This document shows, piece after piece, positions 7,699 through 15,516 of a DNA stretch of 15,565 nucleotides. The position numbers and the translations under genes are program-made. The stretch spans positions 1-15,565 of the forward strand of contig URJJ01000049.1 of NCBI GenBank assembly GCA_900548185.1, in the 5' to 3' direction. Every line of letters starts with the position of its first letter. Positions within the stretch are counted from its first letter, which is position 1. Below the pieces are notes generated by a model. The model did not search any database. It saw only the letters and a program-made list of their open reading frames with translations, and was not told the origin of the DNA. This DNA comes from an uncultured Opitutales bacterium (GTDB taxonomy: Bacteria > Verrucomicrobiota > Verrucomicrobiia > Opitutales > Intestinicryptomonadaceae).

Positions 7699-8107
7699 TT
7701 TCAGACCTGTCGAAAATTTCCCGGAGCCTGTTCAGAAATTTTGCGGGTGGCTTTATGGGGGCCCCGGAAGAGTTTACGAAGGCGTGCTTTGAAAACGCCT
7801 CGCAGAGCTTTTCATCGCCGTTAAACACCTCGTAGTCTATCCTTATGCGGACCCCCGGGCGCTCCCTTATCATGGCGCGCACGAGCAGGCGGTCGTCGAA
7901 GCGGGCCGACCTCATGTATTTCACGCCGACTTCGAGCACGGGAAGGTGCAGCCCCTCGGCGTCGAGCAGGCGGTAGGGGAGGCCGAGCATGTCGAGCATG
8001 TCTATCCTCGCCGCCTCGAACCATGCGAAGTAGTTGCCGTGGTAGGCTACGCGCATGCCGTCGGTTTCCGCAAACCTCACCCTTATGGCGGTTTCGGAGG
8101 TTATCAT
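7691..8107 (-). CDS. ybgC: Acyl-CoA thioesterase, YbgC/4HBT hotdog-fold family
   Basis: 138 aa. The N-terminus [31 protein letters not shown] carries the 4HBT/YbgC catalytic-Asp signature (v.y.DTD..g.V.h..Y..yfe.Ar). Size is typical of hotdog-fold proteins. There is an 8-nt overlap with the downstream GT-C gene (ATGAATAA, 7691-7698) and a 4-nt ATGA overlap with lysA (8104-8107). Confidence 0.8.
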   Translation of the reverse strand: MITSETAIRVRFAETDGMRVAYHGNYFAWFEAARIDMLDMLGLPYRLLDAEGLHLPVLEVGVKYMRSARFDDRLLVRAMIRERPGVRIRIDYEVFNGDEKLCEAFSKHAFVNSSGAPIKPPAKFLNRLREIFDRSENE

Positions 8108-9381
8108 TGCGCCCCCTCCCGGCAGGCGCCGGTCTCGTTTTGGATTATCTGCTCAAGCGTCTGGCGGCGGCGTATGAGGACTGCCGAGCCGTCCTTTTTA
8201 AGCATCACTTCCGGGGATTCCGGGTAGGAATTGTAGTTCTTTGCGGCCATCGAAGAGCAGTATGCCCCCGCGCCGCCTATCGCCACGAGGTCCCCGCGTT
8301 CGGCCCTTTCGAGGGTGCGCGGGGCTAGCCCCTCGGGGTCCCCGGGGGCAGGGGTCAGTATGTCGCCGCTTTCGCAGCAGTGGCCTGACACGATGTATTC
8401 GGCCGTCTCACCCGTCGGGTTGCGGGGGATTGAGACTATCGGGTGCTGGGCGCCGTATATCGAGGGGCGCAGAATGTCGGTCATGCCCGTGTCGAGCTTC
8501 AGGAACCTGTATCCGCCGGCGCCCGTGTCGCAGACGTCCTGGACCGTGGCCAGCACGCAGGCGCAGTTTGCAAGGAGGAAGGTCCCCGGCTCAATCTCAA
8601 AGTGCAGCCGCCTGCCGGTCCTGCGCGCGAACCCTTCTACGAGGGCCGCCACGGGGGCGCCTATCTTTCCGAGGTCGGTGGAGGCTTCGCCGGCCATGCG
8701 CCCGACCTTGTAGCCGCCGCCCATGTTGAGGGTTTTCACGTCAGCGAACCGCTCCACCGTGCCGAGGCTCATTTCGGCCACCCGCTGCCACACCTCCGGG
8801 TCGGAACCGGAGCCTATGTGCGTGTGTATGCGGACTATTTTGAGGTTGTGCTTCGCGGCGGTTTCGAGTATCTGCGGGATGTATTCGTGCCATATGCCAA
8901 ACGACGATGCGGGGCCGCCGACGTTTGTGCGCTTCGTGCCGCCGGAGCCGAGCCCCGGGTTTATGCGCACGCCCAGCTCGCGGCCGGGAAGGGCCTCGCC
9001 GAAACGCTCTATCTGGCTTATTGAGCAGGCGTTGAATTTTACGCCGAGCGCGTCGAGGGAGGCGATGTCGTCGGGCATCTGCTGGCTTGAAATCGAAATT
9101 TTTTCCGGGGCGATGCCTGCGAGCATGGCGCGGCGGGCCTCGAAGGCGCTCGAGGCGTCGATGTGCAGCCCAAGGGAGTCGAAGAGCCTGAGTATGGCGG
9201 CGTTTGAGGCCGCCTTCATGGCGTAGCGAACGGTTATCCCGAATGCGCTGGGAAAGGCGAGGGCCTTGCGCGCCTGGGCTTCGAGGGCGGCCTCGCTGTA
9301 AACGTAGCACGGGGTTGAGAATTCGCCGGCTATTTTTCGTGCCGAATCCGGCGTCAGAAAATGGAGCTTTTCGATTTCCAT
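8104..9381 (-). CDS. lysA: PLP-dependent group IV decarboxylase, most likely diaminopimelate decarboxylase
   Basis: 425 aa. It has the PLP-lysine motif RYAMKAASN, the Gly-rich phosphate loop [18 protein letters not shown] (EPGR-like), and the active-site Cys motif [10 protein letters not shown]. Length and motif order fit LysA. I cannot exclude a related Orn/Arg/carboxynorspermidine decarboxylase from the sequence alone. Confidence 0.75.
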   Translation of the reverse strand: MEIEKLHFLTPDSARKIAGEFSTPCYVYSEAALEAQARKALAFPSAFGITVRYAMKAASNAAILRLFDSLGLHIDASSAFEARRAMLAGIAPEKISISSQQMPDDIASLDALGVKFNACSISQIERFGEALPGRELGVRINPGLGSGGTKRTNVGGPASSFGIWHEYIPQILETAAKHNLKIVRIHTHIGSGSDPEVWQRVAEMSLGTVERFADVKTLNMGGGYKVGRMAGEASTDLGKIGAPVAALVEGFARRTGRRLHFEIEPGTFLLANCACVLATVQDVCDTGAGGYRFLKLDTGMTDILRPSIYGAQHPIVSIPRNPTGETAEYIVSGHCCESGDILTPAPGDPEGLAPRTLERAERGDLVAIGGAGAYCSSMAAKNYNSYPESPEVMLKKDGSAVLIRRRQTLEQIIQNETGACREGAQ

Positions 9382-9399
9382 AAAGCCGCAGAACCTACA

Positions 9400-11124
9400 C
9401 TATTTGCGCGCTTTGTCAATCGCTTCGATTAGCGCGGCCCGGGTGAGTATCTCGGGCAGCACTATGGGCGGGCGCGACGGGTCGGCGGGGTAGATTATGT
9501 TGAGCGGCACCCCGGAGCGGCCGAATTTCTGGAGTTCGCGCGATATTTCGGGGTTCTTGTCGGTCCAGTCGCCCACAAGGACCGCCACGTTGTTTTTCCT
9601 GAAGAGCTCGCGGGTGGATTCGAGGTCAAGCACGGCCTTTTTGTTTGCGATGCACGTCAGGCACCATGAGGCGGTGAAGTCCACGTACACGATTTTGCCG
9701 TCCCTTCTGAGCGATTCGACCATGGCCGGGCTCCACTTCGCGTGCGCCGCAGCGGGGGGCTCGCGCACGGCGGCGTTGCCCGCGAGGTATATTCCGAAAA
9801 GCCCGAGGACGGCGAGGGAGGCGTATGCGGCTATCCTCGTGCCCGCCCGGTGGAAGGGCGCGCTGTACTTACCGAAGATCCACAGCCCGAATGCCATCGA
9901 AAGGACGCCGAACAAAAGCTCCGCTATCATGTCCGCCCCCCTCTGCTTTGAGAACACCCACAGGAGCCATATGGCCGTGGCGAACATCGGGAAGGCCAGG
10001 AACTGCTTGAAAGTCTCCATCCACACCCCGGGCTTTGGCATCCGCCTTGCGGCCGCCGGGACGGCGGAGAGGATGACGTATGGGGCGGCCATCCCCGCGC
10101 CCAGCGAGGCGAAAATCGCCGCAGTGTCGAACCACGACGCGTCGGAGGCCAGCGCGAAGCCGAGCGCCGAACCCATGAAGGGCGCAGTGCAGGGGCTTGC
10201 CACCGCCACGGCGAGCACGCCCGAAAGCGCCGCCGCCGACCTGCCTTCGCGCCCGGCCTGCGCGCCGCCGAGCCGCGTGAATTCCGCGCCTATTTCAAAA
10301 ACCCCCGCAAATGAGAGGGCCATCGCGCAAAACAGCATGACAAGGAGGGCGACAAACAGCGGCTCCTGGAGCTGGAAGCCCCAGCCCAGCTCGTCGCCCA
10401 CCGCCTTGAACCACACGAGCGCCCCCGCGAGGGCGAGGAAGCTTGCCACGACGCCCAGCGAATAGAATGCGGCGTTTTCGAGGGCCTTTGCGCGGGACTT
10501 GCCGGCGTCCTTTGCAAAGGCGAGCACCTTGAGACCTATCACGGGGAAGACGCACGGCATGAGGTTCAGTATTATGCCGCCGAAAAACGCGCCGGCGGCT
10601 GCGAACATGAGCCTCCCCCAGCCGCCCCCTCCGGCGGCGGCGTCCTGCGCTTGCGCTTCGCGGGGCTGGGGGCCGCCGGGGCCTGCGGGGATTGTTTTCA
10701 ACGTCGTCCCGGCCGAGCCGGAGCCGGGGACGCACGACGAGCCGCACTCGAGCCACGAGGCGTCGGCGGCTATTTCGGCGGTTTTCCCCTCCCACGAGGC
10801 CGGGACGGAAATTTCAAAGGCTACGCTGAAGCTCCGGGGGTATGCGTTGACTTCCAGCCCCGCCTCCTCCTTCCTTTCAAACGGAGGCCACGACGCCTTT
10901 TTTACGGAAAACCCCTCGGGGAGCCTCCACGAAACCTCGGTGGGCAGGCCCGCCTGGCCGGGGTCTCGGTAGTAGACGTACAGGCCCTCGGGAATTTTGA
11001 AGTTGACGGACGCCTCAAAGGAGGAGCCTGCGCGCACCGGGCCCTCGGGCGCGGTCAGCGAAATCCCCACCTGCGCCGCGGCGGCGGAGAGCATTGTAAG
11101 GAGGAAAAAAACCAGCGTTCTCAT
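9400..11124 (-). CDS. dsbD: Thiol:disulfide interchange protein DsbD-type (three-domain protein-disulfide reductase)
   Basis: 574 aa. It has a signal peptide MRTLVFFLLTMLSAAAAQ. The N-terminal periplasmic domain carries the Cys pair WLECGSSCVPG. The central DsbD/CcdA transmembrane core carries the two conserved Cys (LNLMPCVFPVIGLK and VASPCTAPFMGSALG). The C-terminal thioredoxin fold carries WCLTC. All three redox Cys pairs are therefore present. Confidence 0.9.
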   Translation of the reverse strand: MRTLVFFLLTMLSAAAAQVGISLTAPEGPVRAGSSFEASVNFKIPEGLYVYYRDPGQAGLPTEVSWRLPEGFSVKKASWPPFERKEEAGLEVNAYPRSFSVAFEISVPASWEGKTAEIAADASWLECGSSCVPGSGSAGTTLKTIPAGPGGPQPREAQAQDAAAGGGGWGRLMFAAAGAFFGGIILNLMPCVFPVIGLKVLAFAKDAGKSRAKALENAAFYSLGVVASFLALAGALVWFKAVGDELGWGFQLQEPLFVALLVMLFCAMALSFAGVFEIGAEFTRLGGAQAGREGRSAAALSGVLAVAVASPCTAPFMGSALGFALASDASWFDTAAIFASLGAGMAAPYVILSAVPAAARRMPKPGVWMETFKQFLAFPMFATAIWLLWVFSKQRGADMIAELLFGVLSMAFGLWIFGKYSAPFHRAGTRIAAYASLAVLGLFGIYLAGNAAVREPPAAAHAKWSPAMVESLRRDGKIVYVDFTASWCLTCIANKKAVLDLESTRELFRKNNVAVLVGDWTDKNPEISRELQKFGRSGVPLNIIYPADPSRPPIVLPEILTRAALIEAIDKARK

Positions 11125-11225
11125 TGGAGCATTTAATTAATCTTACTATGTTGACAAATCGTCAAACAGTAAAGATTATTGACCATATATTAAAAGGGTA
11201 ATTTTTTTACGCAAAGGCACTAAAG
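11125..11225. promoter_or_regulatory. AT-rich divergent control region between dsbD (-) and mreB (+), with a candidate sigma70-type mreB promoter
   Basis: About 29 G+C in 101 nt by hand count, against GC-rich flanks. TTGACA lies at 11151-11156, followed after a 17-nt spacer by GATTAT at 11174-11179 (4/6 match to TATAAT), about 46 nt upstream of the mreB ATG. It is the only sizeable non-coding gap inside the gene array. No experimental support, and I could not confidently place the dsbD-side promoter. Confidence 0.35.
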
Positions 11226-12245
11226 ATGGCAGGCTTCATTCAGGGTTTATTGTCGAACGACATAGGCATCGACTTGGGAACGGCTAACACGCTCGTTTAC
11301 GCCAAGGACAGGGGGGTGATAATGAGCGAGCCTAGCGTGGTGGCCGTTTACAACAATTCAAAGAAGGTCCTGGCCGTGGGCGAAAAGGCAAAGAGGATGC
11401 TCGGCCGCACCCCCGGCAACATAACCGCGCTGCGCCCCATGAAAGACGGCGTCATAGCCGACTTTGAAATCACCGAGGCGATGCTTCGCTACTTCATCGA
11501 CAAGGCCAGCACGCACATACACTTTTCCGCGCCCCGCGTGGTGGTCGCAGTCCCATCCGGGATAACGGAGGTAGAGCGCAGGGCCGTCAAGGAGTCGGCA
11601 ATCCGCGCCGGGGCGAGGCTCGTGTACCTGCTCGACGAGCCGCTCGCGGCGGCGATAGGCGTGGGCCTTCCTGTCTGGGAGCCAACGGCGTCGATGATTG
11701 TGGACATAGGCGGCGGCACGACGGAGGTCGCGATAATATCCCTTGCGGGCGTGGTGTACGCAAAGAGCGTCCGCGTCGGCGGCGACAAGATAGACGACGA
11801 GATTATCCAGTACATGAAGCGCGCCTACAACCTCATGATAGGCGAGCGCATGGCCGAGGAGATAAAGATAAAGGTCGGCTCCGCCTTCCCGCTTGAGGAG
11901 GAGCTTTCGATGGAGGTGAAGGGCCGCGATTCCGTGGCGGGGCTTCCCAAGACCCTCTCCATAACTTCCCAGGAAATACGCGAGGCCCTCGACGACACTT
12001 TCAACAAGATTACCGACGTCATAAGCGAGGCCCTGGAGCACTGCCCCCCGGAACTGAGCGCCGACCTTGTGGACAAGGGCATAGTCCTTGCAGGCGGCGG
12101 GTCGCTTATAAGGAACCTCAACCTCCGCATAACGGACCGCACCCTCGTCCCGTGCTTCACTGCGGAAAATCCCCTGCTTGCCGTGGCAAACGGCACGGGC
12201 GAAGTCCTGAACGACCTGTCATGGTGGACAAACGAGAACTCCTAG
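11226..12245 (+). CDS. mreB: Rod shape-determining actin homologue MreB
   Basis: 339 aa and full length. Canonical MreB sequence: DIGIDLGTANTLVY, MSEPSVVA, LGRTPGNITALRPMKDGVIADFE, VVVAVPSGITEVERRAV, LLDEPLAAAIGVGLPV, MIVDIGGGTTEVAIISL, GGDKIDDEIIQY, GIVLAGGGSLIRNL. Confidence 0.97.
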   Translation: MAGFIQGLLSNDIGIDLGTANTLVYAKDRGVIMSEPSVVAVYNNSKKVLAVGEKAKRMLGRTPGNITALRPMKDGVIADFEITEAMLRYFIDKASTHIHFSAPRVVVAVPSGITEVERRAVKESAIRAGARLVYLLDEPLAAAIGVGLPVWEPTASMIVDIGGGTTEVAIISLAGVVYAKSVRVGGDKIDDEIIQYMKRAYNLMIGERMAEEIKIKVGSAFPLEEELSMEVKGRDSVAGLPKTLSITSQEIREALDDTFNKITDVISEALEHCPPELSADLVDKGIVLAGGGSLIRNLNLRITDRTLVPCFTAENPLLAVANGTGEVLNDLSWWTNENS

Positions 12246-12259
12246 TATTTTGAATCGAA

Positions 12260-13108
12260 TTGTCCTCCGGGCGCAAAAGTACGGCCTACATAAACGTCGG
12301 CATCTTTGCCGCCTTGCTGCTGGTCTGCCTGTTTGCGCCGTCCTGCGCCCGCCGCGCCGCCACCAGGGCCTTTGAGGAGTTCCGCGCCCCGATAGACGCG
12401 CTGCCTTCGCACCTGCGGGACCTCCAGGTTTTCTGGGGCCTGCGCTCCAACACGAAAACCGACCTCATAGAGGCGGGGCGCGACCTCGCCCGCATGAACG
12501 CCGCATACCGGCTGAAGGTCATGGAAAACGACTCCCTGGCCGCAGAGCTGAAGCGTTACAGGAGCCTGCTCGGCATGCCGGCGGAGGGGATGTTCAGAAT
12601 GGAGGTGGCGCGCGTCGCAAGGCGCGACATGAACGGGTGGTGGCAGCAGCTCATAATCCGCAAGGGCTCCTCAAGCGGCATAAGGCCCGGGGACGCGGTG
12701 GTCTATTCGGGCGGGGTCGTGGGGCGCATAAAGAGCGTCGGCCTCAGCGAGAGCGTGGTGGAGCTTGTAAGCTCCGTGGATTTCCGCATGGCGGCGCATT
12801 TTGCGGGCGACAGCCGCCCCGTGATATACCAGGGGGCGGGCGAGCGCTCGTTCCACCAGGCCTCCGGACTGGTCACCGACGTGCACTCCGACATTTCCGC
12901 CTCCGCGGCGTCGCCAAGGCGGCTTGTAACTTCCAGCCTCGCGGGGACCTTCCCCGAGGGGCTGACAATCGGGACCGTGTCGGAGCTGCGCCTGGATCCG
13001 GACGGCATGTTCAAATCGGGGGCGGTCCAGCTCGCCTCGGACCTGTCGGCCGTCGAGGAGGTCTCGGTTCTCGTCAGGGTTGAAGGCGTTCCACCGGGGG
13101 GGCGATGA
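12260..13108 (+). CDS. mreC: Rod shape-determining protein MreC
   Basis: 282 aa. It has an N-terminal TM helix (INVGIFAALLLVCLFA), a coiled-coil-like segment (…NAAYRLKVMENDSLAAELKRYRSLLGM), then beta-barrel domains with typical MreC strings (IIRKGSSSGIRPGDAVVYSGGVVGRIKSV, VTSSLAGTFPEGLTIGTV). It lies directly after mreB. The start is a TTG at 12260 with no obvious SD, so the start is uncertain. The stop overlaps the mreD ATG (ATGA at 13105-13108). Confidence 0.85.
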   Translation: MSSGRKSTAYINVGIFAALLLVCLFAPSCARRAATRAFEEFRAPIDALPSHLRDLQVFWGLRSNTKTDLIEAGRDLARMNAAYRLKVMENDSLAAELKRYRSLLGMPAEGMFRMEVARVARRDMNGWWQQLIIRKGSSSGIRPGDAVVYSGGVVGRIKSVGLSESVVELVSSVDFRMAAHFAGDSRPVIYQGAGERSFHQASGLVTDVHSDISASAASPRRLVTSSLAGTFPEGLTIGTVSELRLDPDGMFKSGAVQLASDLSAVEEVSVLVRVEGVPPGGR

Positions 13109-13641
13109 CTGTCTTTGGCAATTTCGACGCCAGATTTCCGGCGATGTTTGCGCTAAACTGCGCGATAATGCTTGCGCTTTCGCTTTTAAACGACGCTGCG
13201 GCGGGGGTGTCGGCGTATGTTTACGCGCCCGCCCTGATGCTCGTGGCCCCGTCGCTATTTCTCGGCAGATGGGGGGCGTTTGCGATGGGGGTTGCGGTCG
13301 GATTCATGTTTTCGGCGTGGGCGCCCGTCCGCGACGGCGCGCAGGCTGCGCTTTTCGGGGCGGCGTGCCTTGCGGTGCACGGGCTGAGGCACAAGTTCAG
13401 AAACCTGGATCCGATGGGGATAATGTGGCTCACGTGGGGGGTGAACATGGCGCTTTATTTCGCGTCGGTGGCCTTCATATTTCCGGCGGGCGTCGCGGGG
13501 GCCGGGGCGTACGCGGCCAGGGTGGCGGTTGACGCGGTCTTTTCGTCGGCGGCCGCAGCGCTTTTTTCGGCGTACGCCGTGAACCTGTTCAGGTCCGTAT
13601 TTTTCATTTTCGGTGTCAACCTTTCTGTGGGGGAGGACTGA
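13105..13641 (+). CDS. mreD: Putative rod shape-determining protein MreD (polytopic membrane protein)
   Basis: 178 aa and almost entirely hydrophobic, with about 5 predicted TM segments. It is translationally coupled to mreC and is followed 1 nt later by the PBP2 start. The assignment rests on size, membrane topology and the conserved mreB-mreC-mreD-mrdA order. I do not recognise a diagnostic motif. Confidence 0.6.
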   Translation: MTVFGNFDARFPAMFALNCAIMLALSLLNDAAAGVSAYVYAPALMLVAPSLFLGRWGAFAMGVAVGFMFSAWAPVRDGAQAALFGAACLAVHGLRHKFRNLDPMGIMWLTWGVNMALYFASVAFIFPAGVAGAGAYAARVAVDAVFSSAAAALFSAYAVNLFRSVFFIFGVNLSVGED

Positions 13642-13642
13642 C

Positions 13643-15516
13643 GTGGAGAGGGATTCCAAGACGTATTCAAACAGCAATCCGAGGCTGTATCCGATATATT
13701 GCATATTCGCCGCGATGTTTCTCGCCCTGTTTGCGGCCCTGGCTTACAGGCAGCTTTTCCTGTACGACCACTACTCGAAGGTCGGCCGCCAGCAGAGCCA
13801 GCGGCGCATCGTAAAGCCCGGCGCCCGCGGGGACATATACGACCGGAAGGGGCGCCTCATAGTGGGCAACCGCCCGGTCTTTTCCGCCGTGGTTTATTCA
13901 AACGACGTCAACCCCGAGCTAATCCGGGAGCGCTCAAGGCTTTGGCGCGCCTACCGCGAGCGCGGCGAAAAGCCATCGGGCAGCCTTACGGTTGAGGCCA
14001 TGAAGAACGTCCTCCAGCGGCACATGGACGGGATAAACGGGATACTCGGCTCGTCGCACGACTTCGACTTTAAGGGGTTTTCGCGCAATTTCTCGACCCA
14101 CCGCCTTCTGCCGACCCCGCTTGTTGAAAACCTCACTATGACCGAGCACGCGGTGCTGGCCGAGAGGCTGGGCGTCAATTCCACCGTCCAGCTCTTCACC
14201 GACTCCGCGCGCTACTACCCATACTCGGACTACGCCGTCCACGCCATAGGCTACGTGCGTTCCGACTTCGAGCAGATTGACCCCGATTCGCCCGGGGACG
14301 ACCTGCGCACGTTCTCGTTCCGCGGCAAGGTGGGCGTAAGCGGCCTTGAGAAGGCGTTTGAGAACACCCTGACGGGCCGCAACGGCTTTGAAATCTGGAC
14401 GGTCGACCACGCCGGCAACAAGTACGAGCTTCTGGACGAGCTCAGCCCCGTCAAGGGCCGCGACCTCATATCTTCAATCGACATGGACGTGCAGGGGGCT
14501 GCCGAGGAGGCTTTCCCGCAGCGCAAGGGGGCCGTCGTCGCCCTCGACGTAAAAACCGGCGAGGTGCTCGCCATGCTGAGCCGCCCCGGCTACGACCCGA
14601 ACGCCGTCTCCCCGCGCATTCCCACGAAGCTTTTCAACGAAATCATGGAGCGCGAGGGCTTTCTGAACCGGGCGACCCAGGGGCTGTACCCGCCCGGCTC
14701 TACCTTCAAGATTCTGACATCCGTCGCCGGGGCCGAGTCGGGCGCCATAACTGCCGATTCGGTCTCCTACTGCACGGGCAGCTACAAGGTCGGCAACCGC
14801 GTCGTGCGCTGCCACAAGCTGTCCGGGCACGGCAGGGTTGACCTGGTTTCCGCGCTCGCCAAAAGCTGCAACGTTTTCTTTTACGAGCACGGCATAAAGA
14901 TGGGGATTGAACCCATCCGCGCCGCCGCCGTCGAGTTCGGGCTGGATTCGGACCCCGGCATCGAGCTTTCCGAAAACTTCTGGAAAAAGACGATAGTTCC
15001 GGGGCCTGAATACAAGAAAAAGTACAGGGAGTACGACGGCCCGTGGTCGGGGGGGGACACCGCAAACACCTCGATAGGGCAGGGCTACCTCCGCCAGACC
15101 CCCCTCCAGATGGCCTGCTTCATGGCGAGCTTTGCGGCCGGGCGCACCCGCACCCGCCCCTCGATGCTGCACGACCCCGCAAGGCGCACCGACATGGCAT
15201 ACCACGGGGCAAAGCCCATCGGCATAAGCCCCGAAATGTATGCGGCGATAGTCGAGGGCATGCGCAAGTCGGTAAAGGAGGGCACCTCGAAGCGCGCGGA
15301 CGTGGGGTGGGTTTCGATGGCCGCCAAGTCTGGGACTGCCCAGATATTCCCGAACAACAGGCCGCTTACGCTGGCTTGGATGGTGGCCTTCGCCCCGATT
15401 GAGGATCCGGAAATAGCGGTTTGTGTCGTGGTTGAGGGCGAGGAGCCGGGGGACGCGGCGGGCGGAAAGACCGCCGGCCCGATTGTAAAGGAGATATTCT
15501 CGGAGTACTTCAAGGA
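13643..15516 (+). CDS. mrdA: Penicillin-binding protein 2 (elongasome class B transpeptidase), 3' end cut off by adapter / contig end
   Basis: Not in the supplied ORF track. Frame 2 is open from GTG 13643 to the window end, and GGGAGG at 13631-13636 serves as the SD. My translation reads MERDSKTYSNSNPRLYPIYCIFAAMFLALFAALAYRQLFL…RRIVKPGARGDIYDRKGRLIVGNRPVFS…ARYYPYSDYAVHAIGYV…KGAVVALDVKTGEVLAMLSRPGYDPN… All three transpeptidase motifs are present: STFK (14699-14710), SCN (14864-14872) and KSGT (15326-15337). About 624 codons are native, close to full PBP2 length. Confidence 0.93.

Noticed and set aside
9497-10465. A 322 aa + strand ORF inside dsbD.
   Set aside because: It is antisense to a gene with all three DsbD Cys pairs intact. 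Its composition (Ser/Ala/Pro/Arg-rich, no motifs) is typical of a shadow ORF in high-GC DNA.
11358-12041. A 227 aa - strand ORF inside mreB.
   Set aside because: It is antisense to canonical MreB and I recognise no motif in it, so I treat it as a shadow ORF.
14474-15205. A 243 aa - strand ORF, plus 13934..14410 -, 15085..15531 - and 15043..15402 +. These are the only track entries over this region.
   Set aside because: They are antisense or out of frame relative to the hand-translated PBP2 frame, which carries STFK, SCN and KSGT. 15085..15531 even starts inside the adapter-derived sequence.
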